Sequence record: OR496884.1
Strand: one strand, 5' to 3'
DNA: 64,000 nt
Both the position numbers and the translations under genes were made by a program. Every line of letters begins with the position of its first letter. Positions within the stretch are counted from its first letter, which is position 1. The notes under the pieces were generated by a model. That model was not told the origin of the DNA. It saw only the letters and a program-made list of their open reading frames with translations, and ran no database searches. Below are positions 30,748 through 39,278 of the stretch, one piece after another.

Positions 30748-32035
30748 GTTTGATTATTTATTTGAAGCCTTTAAACAAAGAGCTTATGTTAACAAAAGTT
30801 TTTTATTGTCTGTATTTTCCATTGTCAAAGATACACCCAATAATAACAACAAGTTAAAAACAATTCCTTATGCTCTTTTTAGGGACGATAAAGAAAAACA
30901 AGTTTACTTTATTAGAGATGGTGAACGCGTTGTAATTGACCACCCTAATTTTGAATTACCGCTATTTGATAAAGATGAAAAAGTTAAAGTTAATCCGACT
31001 ATACACGAATACATTCAAGATAGCTTTGAAACAACTGTCGGAATATTTTTAACTAATCTAGTTGTACTTTATGAAACAATTGGGTTTGCAACCAGTTACA
31101 TTAATGCCGAAATTACTGGGAATAAAATCAAATCCATTATTGATAAAGTCATGGTGGATGACGGTATTGATATTCCAGAAGGAAAGGCTTCAGTTACTGA
31201 TACTTTAAAGATCACTAAAAACTTAGACTATCTTGAAGGTTTGAACCAAGTATTTGTTAAAGCATCCAGTCTTGACGTATTGACTGTCCATCCTGAAGTA
31301 GTCGCACTTCGTGATAAGTTATTGGATGAATTAGAAACGCAGGGCAAACTAAACGACCCAACAGCAGTTGCAAAAGCAATTGATCAAGTTATTGAATTAG
31401 ATGCAAAGATTCAATACTCAGGTCCTTCTAAAGATTTCTTTATTAACCCAAAGTTTATTGATAACGCCAGAAAAAAGATGTTTATCATTTTTGATATGGT
31501 TCCTGATTTTAATACAGGTAAATATAAACTATTAAGAAAATCTTTGAATGAACGTTGGGATATTGAAAACTATCCAGCTTACATAAACACGGCAATCTCT
31601 GCTTCATTTGATCGCGGCAACGCTACTGGTGAAGGCGGTGCGGAAGTTAAGTTAGCAATATTGTTAACTGGTCGTATGTTGGCTATAGACACTGATTGTG
31701 AAACAACTCGTACAGAAACGGTTGTTCTGAGCAAACTAAATTTTAACGGTTGGGTTGGAGGGTACTTTATCAAAGATGGTAAAGTTACTTTACTTGATAA
31801 AACCCAAACGGATTTAATCGGGACTACTCAAGAGTTTAGAGTTCCTCAAAACTGTAAACAACCGGAAGATAATTTATGCCGGGTTTGTTGTGGAGAGAAA
31901 CTAGGAAGTATCGAGACAAGGCTTTCTTCAGAAACCGTATTCATCTTTACTCAGTATATGTTGACACGGATGAAAGCAATGCACGTTTCTCAATTGAAAA
32001 CGTTAACAATTCCTTTTGATTCGATGTTTAGATAA
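30740..32035 (+). CDS. Virion RNA polymerase beta-prime-like subunit (phiKZ gp80-like)
   Basis: Bridge-helix-like DRGNATGEGG, Zn site CETT...CKQP...CRVCCG, C-terminal TQYMLTRMKAMH (cf. TQLTMRTFH). Confidence 0.85.
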   Translation: MNKFDYLFEAFKQRAYVNKSFLLSVFSIVKDTPNNNNKLKTIPYALFRDDKEKQVYFIRDGERVVIDHPNFELPLFDKDEKVKVNPTIHEYIQDSFETTVGIFLTNLVVLYETIGFATSYINAEITGNKIKSIIDKVMVDDGIDIPEGKASVTDTLKITKNLDYLEGLNQVFVKASSLDVLTVHPEVVALRDKLLDELETQGKLNDPTAVAKAIDQVIELDAKIQYSGPSKDFFINPKFIDNARKKMFIIFDMVPDFNTGKYKLLRKSLNERWDIENYPAYINTAISASFDRGNATGEGGAEVKLAILLTGRMLAIDTDCETTRTETVVLSKLNFNGWVGGYFIKDGKVTLLDKTQTDLIGTTQEFRVPQNCKQPEDNLCRVCCGEKLGSIETRLSSETVFIFTQYMLTRMKAMHVSQLKTLTIPFDSMFR

Positions 32036-32054
32036 ATAAACAAAAAAAATAATG

Positions 32055-32090
32055 TTTCCTCCGCAACCCGTTACTGGGTTGCGGAGGAAA
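32055..32090. terminator. Bidirectional terminator between convergent genes
   Basis: 15-bp stem tttcctccgcaaccc/gggttgcggaggaaa. Confidence 0.8.
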
Positions 32091-32094
32091 TCTG

Positions 32095-32676
32095 TTAAAA
32101 TATTAAACATTGCACAGAAACGGTTAATTGTCCAGTTGTCGTGTAATACCGAAAATTAACTAGATTTAATTTGGTCGCCATAGACATTTCTTCATGTAAG
32201 TAATTAACATGTTCATTATAAATATCTGAACTAATGTCTTCAACCATTTTATTAATCAAGTTATTTAATTGATTTTCAATATATGTAGCTTGTTCAATAT
32301 ATCCTGTTTCGGTTTTAGGTATTTCATGAAAATCGTAAAAAGATCCATCACAATGGTTTTGGATTAAGCTAACTGTTTCACAAACCCATTGCTCTTCTAT
32401 TTCGTCAAAATTTTCGGTTGCATCTAAACTTGTGATGTGTGGATGAAATATAATGTTTAATACACATTCTAATGCAAGATGTATTTGCGCTTCATTCCAT
32501 CCGTCCATGCAGTCTTCTAAATCAACTATATTAAAATTTAAAACCAATATTTCCTTGTTTGGCTTATAAAAAGGTTCATTCCCAATATCCGATCTTAAAG
32601 TCTGGATCAGCGAACAAGACAAATCTTGTTGTGGTATCATAAATTGTTGTGACATATTTATAAAATCCTGCATCAC
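32095..32676 (-). CDS. Acidic hypothetical protein
   Basis: 193-aa ORF; start probably the internal ATG of MSQQF. Confidence 0.7.
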   Translation of the reverse strand: MMQDFINMSQQFMIPQQDLSCSLIQTLRSDIGNEPFYKPNKEILVLNFNIVDLEDCMDGWNEAQIHLALECVLNIIFHPHITSLDATENFDEIEEQWVCETVSLIQNHCDGSFYDFHEIPKTETGYIEQATYIENQLNNLINKMVEDISSDIYNEHVNYLHEEMSMATKLNLVNFRYYTTTGQLTVSVQCLIF

Positions 32677-33019
32677 TAAAGTTTAAACCGTAAAAGGTTT
32701 GATCGTGCCAAAGTGCGTTATAGTGCTTTTGAATTTCTTCATATATAGCTTGGCAATGTGCTTTGTCTAAAGGACCTAATTTACCATAAAGTTCCTGAAC
32801 ACATGTCATTGCGTCATTATAGTCACCTGGCGCGGCGATTAAAGTTTCTCCTAAAGAGTAAACAAGAATCTCAAGCAAAACCGCCTGGGGAGTATCTATA
32901 GGGGTTGTAAATCTTGGGTTTATCATTAACCACGCTGTTGTTGTTACGTTAGGAACCTGGATTGGTTCATCTCCATAAACTCCAACACCAATACCCGTTA
33001 ATTCATTTTCATCAAACAT
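32576..33019 (-). CDS. Acidic hypothetical protein
   Basis: ATG 33019 overlaps the upstream stop (ATGTTTGA). Confidence 0.7.
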   Translation of the reverse strand: MFDENELTGIGVGVYGDEPIQVPNVTTTAWLMINPRFTTPIDTPQAVLLEILVYSLGETLIAAPGDYNDAMTCVQELYGKLGPLDKAHCQAIYEEIQKHYNALWHDQTFYGLNFSDAGFYKYVTTIYDTTTRFVLFADPDFKIGYWE

Positions 33020-33503
33020 AATTAAGGTCCGGTGGTAAGCCAACTATGTTGGTATAATTAACATAATTATCAATGGTTGCGTAAAGCCCCATCAATGAGC
33101 TATTAGGTTCAGGTTGTAAACCTTCTTGTAAAATGATTATGATCATTTTAGGTTTAACCTGATACAGACACATAGAAACTCCCTCAGACGTTGTTATAAC
33201 GTCATTGAGAAGCGTTCCTTGCATTTCCATTATGTCTCTTAATGTTTGATTACAAATACTGTATTCTTTTTCAAAGTTTGCGACGCTTCCATAACAATCG
33301 GCAAGCATTTCTCCCATTGCAAAACTAGCTATATCTAAAGAGAAAATATTGTCAATGCTCGTATCTGGATTATCACGACTATGTGCAATTAATGCACAAA
33401 TTCCACTTGCAACAACATGAAGTAAATCTTCATCTTCTTCATCAACATAAAAGCAAAAAGTTAATGTTTCAGGAGGTTTAAAATTGGTGAGTAGTTTTTC
33501 CAT
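33012..33503 (-). CDS. Acidic hypothetical protein
   Basis: 163-aa ORF. Confidence 0.7.
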   Translation of the reverse strand: MEKLLTNFKPPETLTFCFYVDEEDEDLLHVVASGICALIAHSRDNPDTSIDNIFSLDIASFAMGEMLADCYGSVANFEKEYSICNQTLRDIMEMQGTLLNDVITTSEGVSMCLYQVKPKMIIIILQEGLQPEPNSSLMGLYATIDNYVNYTNIVGLPPDLNYV

Positions 33504-33522
33504 GACAAACCTTGGGATAGTT

Positions 33523-33551
33523 GACTTTAGGAACCATAGGCTCCTAAAGTC
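33523..33551. terminator. Hairpin after helicase gene
   Basis: Stem gactttagga/tcctaaagtc. Confidence 0.55.
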
Positions 33552-33565
33552 AGTTTTAAATTAAG

Positions 33566-36166
33566 TTATACAGTAACACCACTATCTATTGGTTCAAATA
33601 TTTTCATCTTTTTAGTAAAGATACCTTTTCTCTTGCGACCGTATTCAACCTGTTTTGGTTCATCGACACAAACAAAGTAAACAAAGATAGGATCAAGATC
33701 AGGCCACCATTCATCGATAGGTCTGGTTCGCCCCACCATTTGATCATTACGTTGTGAAGACGATACCGCTATTGGTGAAAATACGGCATAAAGCTTTTTA
33801 ATATCTTTACCTGTTCCGCAGCTACCTGGAGTAGTGACAACATTACGATGTTCTCGATATGCGGTAGGATTCTTTTTGTTTGTAACAGAGTTAAATACAA
33901 TGGAATCAAGTTCTGGGTAATCTTTAAGTAATCGCTTATTGAATCTTTCACAAAACTCAATAGTTGCAAAGAACCACATTGACTTTTGACCTTCCCGATA
34001 CTCATCCATGTAAAACATGTCATAAGCACCTTTGAGCATTTGATAATAACGCTCAAACACATCTGGTCTTTTTAATATTCCTTGTTCAAATTTAACATGG
34101 GAATAACCGCCAAACCCTTTTGTATTAATTCTATATTCCCATAACTTCATTCGATGAAAATAAGAAATTACACGTATATATTGGGTATATTCCGGAGGTT
34201 TTAAATAAGAGGTATGAGGGAAGATTTGTGAATAAATACCATTAATAAACTCATCGTCACCTTTTAAGGTTGCAGAGAGTATAATAGTTTTATTAACGTT
34301 ACCGTACATCAAGCTGTTGTAAACAGAATAGATTGACTCGTGAGCTTCATCAATAATTCTAGTACCAATCCCAAGATCACTATAAATTTGATCAAGTGTT
34401 GGAAGTGTTGGTTCTTCTTTGCACTTTTTCAAATAAATGTCTATTTTACTTAGCGGTAAAATAATGACCTTTGGATCACTTACACCGGATTTAACGTTTT
34501 CATGGACTTGTTGAACATTAAGAATATCCGCAACTAAAATATCTTGGGGTTTGATATTGTAAAATTCCCCCATTGCTTTAATCCAGATATCAATATATCT
34601 TGGCAGAACTGTGATGAGAATGCGATCAGCTAAAAGTTTAGCGGTGTAAAGTGCACAAAACGTATTGTGAGTGACAATGTAGTCGTCAGTTACGTAGAGG
34701 TGGTCTGGGTGGTCAATTGAGATGCATTGTGCTTCTTCATGACTTACCAATTCTACATTTGTAATGCGTAGTTTAAGTTTTTCAGAATACTGAGTTTCCT
34801 GAGGGACTCGATCTTTCTTCTTTGGAAGGGAGAAACATCTTTTTGGATTCTTTATTCTGATATAAACTCGATACGCAAGCTGACCTTTTAACTTCTCTCC
34901 TTTATGTTCGTACTTAGGAATTCTAGACGTGATTTTTGCAATCCCACCTAAACTCCAAACCAGTTCCTGAACTTGCAAAGCAAGTTTTTCAGAACTTGTG
35001 CTAAATACAGGATGTCCTACATTTTCATTACGGCTTCCACAAAGATCTGCAGAACCATCGGTATCCATTAAACCACGCAGTAATTCCCAACGCTGTTCAA
35101 TCGAACCATTCATGTATTCTTCTGGAATAGATTTTTTCAGAGAAACTGCTTGCTCTATTCCAATAGACTTCAATACACTTAACAATGAAACCTTTGATTG
35201 ATTCATTGTTATAAAGTTTTCATATGCCTTTGCAGTGTGTCTTGTTTTAACTGAAAAATCTTCTCCTAATCTTTCAGAAAGTTTATTGACTACGAATGGA
35301 TCATTATTAGTAAACGTGACTACTGTACCTGTGAATCCACCGTCACCTAGCAATGCACCTAAAGCCCAAGGATCAAGTTTAAAATCTTTATCCTCAGTGA
35401 TTTCAGCGGCGGGCAATGGAACATAAATCCTCGGCTGCGCTAATTCAAATCTTCGAATAATTTCTGAGGTGTCAATAATTTCCCAGCGTTTATGCTTTCT
35501 TTTGGAACAATCATACACTTTCCAAAGATGTTCAGCACAAACTTCGGTACTTCTACCGTCATAAAAAGTGATACGGTAAATGTCCTTTTTACCTTGAGGG
35601 AATACACCAATAACTTTACTAGATGTTCCGTCCCATGCTGTTACGTAATCACCTACTTTCATTTCACCCATGGTGCTCCAACCACCAGGGATTTTAATCT
35701 TACTATGAAGTGGTTGCGCTTTCCCGCCACCAGTCGTCATGTTGTTCACAACAAGTGGAAGTGGACCTCCCATGAAATCACAATACTCTTCTTGTGTCTC
35801 ATTACGAGGTTTAATTTTATCATTGAGAAAAGAAATATCAACTTTCTTAGCTTGTATTTTTTCTTCATCTTCAATTCTAATTCTTGAACGCTTGTACCCA
35901 CTACTTTCCATTATTCTAAGTAGTTCTTCTAACTTAGATGGATTAAATCGTAATTCTGTTTCATTGTGATTAAAGCGGGCGTAAACTTGTTTTACTTCCC
36001 ACTTAGACGTCCCGAACAATTCCCCCGGAACTTTCTGAAATCGAAAGAAGTTCCTTTTACAAAAAGGTCTTAACACTTGTCTAACGAGTTCAGGCTTGAA
36101 GTCCGTTAGGCGGACATATGTACTCGCCTTATAGACCGTCAACGTAGTTCTCATACGAAACCTCAA
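33566..36166 (-). CDS. SF2 (DEAD-like) helicase, intein-containing (phiKZ gp75-like)
   Basis: Walker A TGGGK/T, IIDEAH, LSAT, QMVGRTR; probable start ATG 36154. Confidence 0.9.
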   Translation of the reverse strand: MRFRMRTTLTVYKASTYVRLTDFKPELVRQVLRPFCKRNFFRFQKVPGELFGTSKWEVKQVYARFNHNETELRFNPSKLEELLRIMESSGYKRSRIRIEDEEKIQAKKVDISFLNDKIKPRNETQEEYCDFMGGPLPLVVNNMTTGGGKAQPLHSKIKIPGGWSTMGEMKVGDYVTAWDGTSSKVIGVFPQGKKDIYRITFYDGRSTEVCAEHLWKVYDCSKRKHKRWEIIDTSEIIRRFELAQPRIYVPLPAAEITEDKDFKLDPWALGALLGDGGFTGTVVTFTNNDPFVVNKLSERLGEDFSVKTRHTAKAYENFITMNQSKVSLLSVLKSIGIEQAVSLKKSIPEEYMNGSIEQRWELLRGLMDTDGSADLCGSRNENVGHPVFSTSSEKLALQVQELVWSLGGIAKITSRIPKYEHKGEKLKGQLAYRVYIRIKNPKRCFSLPKKKDRVPQETQYSEKLKLRITNVELVSHEEAQCISIDHPDHLYVTDDYIVTHNTFCALYTAKLLADRILITVLPRYIDIWIKAMGEFYNIKPQDILVADILNVQQVHENVKSGVSDPKVIILPLSKIDIYLKKCKEEPTLPTLDQIYSDLGIGTRIIDEAHESIYSVYNSLMYGNVNKTIILSATLKGDDEFINGIYSQIFPHTSYLKPPEYTQYIRVISYFHRMKLWEYRINTKGFGGYSHVKFEQGILKRPDVFERYYQMLKGAYDMFYMDEYREGQKSMWFFATIEFCERFNKRLLKDYPELDSIVFNSVTNKKNPTAYREHRNVVTTPGSCGTGKDIKKLYAVFSPIAVSSSQRNDQMVGRTRPIDEWWPDLDPIFVYFVCVDEPKQVEYGRKRKGIFTKKMKIFEPIDSGVTV
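34664..35719 (-). mobile_element. Class 3 intein (352 aa) with LAGLIDADG homing endonuclease
   Basis: Starts AQPL (Ala1), block B CAEHLW, block F AQCISI, ends VTHN before Thr+1; GALLGDG and RGLMDTDG motifs. Confidence 0.92.
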
Positions 36167-36264
36167 CTGAACACATAGGAATTTAAATTAGACCCTTGAT
36201 TTACTGGGCTCAAACTATTATCGTCTAATGAATGCCTATTACAGTGTTTTTATAACCATTTTGT

Positions 36265-36284
36265 AAAGGGAACGTATTCCCTTT
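36265..36284. terminator. Short hairpin after 36291-36650
   Basis: aaagggaa/ttcccttt. Confidence 0.5.
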
Positions 36285-36290
36285 TGTTAT

Positions 36291-36650
36291 TTACTTAATT
36301 TGCGTCAATACTTCTTTACCGTTTACTATCGAATGGGAATAATGTAAGTTTTTCCCAAATATAGATTGGAATCGTTTTCCTATGATGTAAGAACCGGTCG
36401 CTCCGTTAACACCACCAACATCTGCGTGTTCCATATTTTTAACTGTAAAGTAACGTTCATCATCAGGGACGTTACTTTTTAAGAGTAAACATGAGGTATG
36501 ACAACCTGGATTTCTAACAGCTAATATAGTTTTTGCAAACACAATTTTAGACTTTTTATTATTAAATTCGGCTTGTTTATCTTTGCTTTGAAAATCAATC
36601 ATCCATTTAGGAACTTTTCTACCTTGTTTAAAACAATAAAACTTTTTCAT
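36291..36650 (-). CDS. Small basic hypothetical protein
   Basis: 119-aa ORF with AAGG RBS. Confidence 0.65.
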   Translation of the reverse strand: MKKFYCFKQGRKVPKWMIDFQSKDKQAEFNNKKSKIVFAKTILAVRNPGCHTSCLLLKSNVPDDERYFTVKNMEHADVGGVNGATGSYIIGKRFQSIFGKNLHYSHSIVNGKEVLTQIK

Positions 36651-36654
36651 GGTG

Positions 36655-36930
36655 TTAACCTTTATTTTTAATAGAGGGATGAACTCTCATAATAAATTTC
36701 TGTAGTAAACAAAGATGTTCTTTTCTGGCCCGTACCGCAGCTATTAAAGAACCTTCTTGATTAATTTTGGCTGGCGCAACAATCCATTCTTTATTTTCTT
36801 TAAAAATGAGAATGTCCATCCCCGCTGCAATTGAAACACGTTGATTTTTAGAGAGTTGTGATTGTGAAGGTAACTGTAGTAGTTCCTTGGGGAGTAAGTT
36901 ACCCTTTTTTACAAGGTATATGTTTTTCAT
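36655..36930 (-). CDS. Small basic hypothetical protein
   Basis: 91-aa ORF with AGGAG RBS. Confidence 0.65.
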   Translation of the reverse strand: MKNIYLVKKGNLLPKELLQLPSQSQLSKNQRVSIAAGMDILIFKENKEWIVAPAKINQEGSLIAAVRARKEHLCLLQKFIMRVHPSIKNKG

Positions 36931-36932
36931 GT

Positions 36933-37160
36933 CTATCTCCTCTTTTTATTACACAATGGACATAGAGGGTGATTACAACCGCATTGCATCAATGAAGGCT
37001 GGTGTTTAGTATTACCTGACTCTAAACTAATAACTAACACTTTATCTCTATTTATTGGTTTAGGGGTAGGGGGTCTTTGGTTTACAATTTTACTTACTTG
37101 ATAACCACGATCAATCAACTCTCGAATCAATACATCTGTTTCTATGTTAGCAAGTTTCAT
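36933..37160 (-). CDS. Small protein with C-terminal Cys/His cluster
   Basis: 75 aa ending CGCNHPLCPLCNKKRR. Confidence 0.6.
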   Translation of the reverse strand: MKLANIETDVLIRELIDRGYQVSKIVNQRPPTPKPINRDKVLVISLESGNTKHQPSLMQCGCNHPLCPLCNKKRR

Positions 37161-37181
37161 AGTAAATAAAAACCTTTTGAA

Positions 37182-37209
37182 AAGTTAGAGGAGTTTCCTC
37201 CTCTAACTT
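37182..37209. terminator. Terminator after nvRNAP subunit gene
   Basis: 12-bp stem aagttagaggag/ctcctctaactt. Confidence 0.75.
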
Positions 37210-37214
37210 ATTTG

Positions 37215-39233
37215 CTAATTTGCCAATGTTTGCATGAATGCTTCTAGAGCTCCACCTTGTCTGTTTTGTATCAAGAACTTGTATGGATCTTTGAGAAGAG
37301 ATTCGTTTTGATAACCATACAACAATGCGTTACACATTCCTCGATGAATAACAGCTTCATGTAGAGAAAGTATAACACGTTGGTCATCCGCACCTGGAAG
37401 TCCGTAGTTAAGATTGGTTGGATCTCTGGCCATACAAGAAAACAAGAATATATCGTGCAAAATGATATTTGCATTTTTATATTTCTCATCAACTACTTTC
37501 CAAAGAGAAACCAATAGTTCACCATGTATTTCTTCGGTGATGAAATAATCCCATCGACGCCGCAACTCTTTAAACAAGAAGAAAGATTCTACTCGCTTAC
37601 GATACGCATCCAAATCTTCATTGACTTCCGGAAGCTCAAATGCGGGCTCTTCAGGACTAAAATGCTTTAACGATATTTTATACGTTTTACCTTCATTCTC
37701 AATTGGCTGAGACATCAGGTATTCTACAAACGCTTTTGTCATCCTTGCATCACGACTAGCTACTGTTGTGACGATGATCGGATAATGGGTTGCCCTAACA
37801 TCAGGAAACATAGGGTTGGCAACAGAAACTTTCAACTGGATTTTTTCATACGTTCTCAGTCTACTGCCATCAAGTTCATCCAAAGATTCCATAAAGGAAT
37901 AATCAGAAAAATCTTGTTGTGTTTCTTTATCCAGGATCAGATAAGGATCAGATTCATCATTTAAAATCTTTTCATTGAAATAAATGAAATCACCTGGTTC
38001 ATCTGTTTTAATGTAATCAGCGTCTCTTGGGTTAACCTTATAACCAACGGAACTAGCAGTCCCTATACGGTGTTTGGTTTTCAAGATAGACTGACCTATT
38101 GGTTCAGCAAAAGTTGAACCATAAAACAATCCTGGTACAGCTCCGCGTTGTGTATATGGGTTATATGGAATAGCGGATTCCATTTTGCCAAAGCACTTGG
38201 AACAAGGTTTACCTGTTCTTCCGTGGTTACACCAAGCCACAGAACGAATTTTAATGAACTCCCCTGTATTAATTTTGTTTAGATTTTCTCCATGAAGAAG
38301 TTCAGTTGTACCGTCATCCAGAATTCGCCATTTACCAGCGAGAGACTTTTTGAAATCCTTACTTACAACTTTGATTTTTGGACCTTTGGTAGAACCACAA
38401 TCTGTTTGATATGTAATGCCTTGAACAACTTGTGCAAGGTTATGGACTTTCTTATGGAACCATTCGGAATCCTGCAAGGCTGCTCCGTTTGAAATCAACG
38501 AGAAACCTGCACCTTTACTATCCGCAAGAGAATCCGCCAGGTTGGTTATACCGTCCCCGTATGAGTTCAACACGGCATTAGGAAGGATACTTGAATCCAA
38601 GTCCGTTACATATCCACGTGCGATAATCAATTGGAAAGATTGGACGCTCGACACTGCTCGGGTGCGATAAAGAAGACCAAATACAGAGCGATCAAAATCA
38701 GGATCTGTCATCATGATTTGTTCAAACTCAATCATGGCGTCGCCGAGATTTGTTTCTCCCCGACTAACTCTTTGTTTTAGATTTGCAATTTTTGGATTTT
38801 TGTAAGCGTGATTGATATCGTAGGTACTACCTGCAACTACGCCAGTTTCAGATTTAACACACATGTAATTGTGTATCTGATTATGCCAAACAAAAATCAA
38901 TTGCTTGATCAGATCATAACCTTCTGGATCTTCCATGTCGATCATAACGCGAGCCAAGAAATTATCAATTGGTTTTGTCAACACTCCGTCATCAATAAAT
39001 GCTTGCCTATTTTCTTCTGGATTTAACACTACTACTTCGTCAATCAAATAAGGATAATTATTAAAATAACGGTGGATACCCAAACTAAACCAAGTGTGTG
39101 CCAAAAGCCAAGAATCGGTAATGACTTTATCGCCATTGTCGTCTTCAACCTGACAGCGATAACGCCTTATTGTATTATCTAAAACAGTTACTAAATCACT
39201 GTTTGCCCATTCGCGCAAATTGATCTTTTTCAT
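37215..39233 (-). CDS. nvRNAP beta-prime C-terminal subunit (phiKZ gp74-like)
   Basis: Bridge helix GLADSLA-type segment, DCGS, Zn site CNH...CSKCFG, AEPIGQSILKTKH. Confidence 0.9.
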   Translation of the reverse strand: MKKINLREWANSDLVTVLDNTIRRYRCQVEDDNGDKVITDSWLLAHTWFSLGIHRYFNNYPYLIDEVVVLNPEENRQAFIDDGVLTKPIDNFLARVMIDMEDPEGYDLIKQLIFVWHNQIHNYMCVKSETGVVAGSTYDINHAYKNPKIANLKQRVSRGETNLGDAMIEFEQIMMTDPDFDRSVFGLLYRTRAVSSVQSFQLIIARGYVTDLDSSILPNAVLNSYGDGITNLADSLADSKGAGFSLISNGAALQDSEWFHKKVHNLAQVVQGITYQTDCGSTKGPKIKVVSKDFKKSLAGKWRILDDGTTELLHGENLNKINTGEFIKIRSVAWCNHGRTGKPCSKCFGKMESAIPYNPYTQRGAVPGLFYGSTFAEPIGQSILKTKHRIGTASSVGYKVNPRDADYIKTDEPGDFIYFNEKILNDESDPYLILDKETQQDFSDYSFMESLDELDGSRLRTYEKIQLKVSVANPMFPDVRATHYPIIVTTVASRDARMTKAFVEYLMSQPIENEGKTYKISLKHFSPEEPAFELPEVNEDLDAYRKRVESFFLFKELRRRWDYFITEEIHGELLVSLWKVVDEKYKNANIILHDIFLFSCMARDPTNLNYGLPGADDQRVILSLHEAVIHRGMCNALLYGYQNESLLKDPYKFLIQNRQGGALEAFMQTLAN

Positions 39234-39278
39234 TGCTTTTCCTTAATGCAAGAAAGCGGTCAATTGACCGCATATCTT

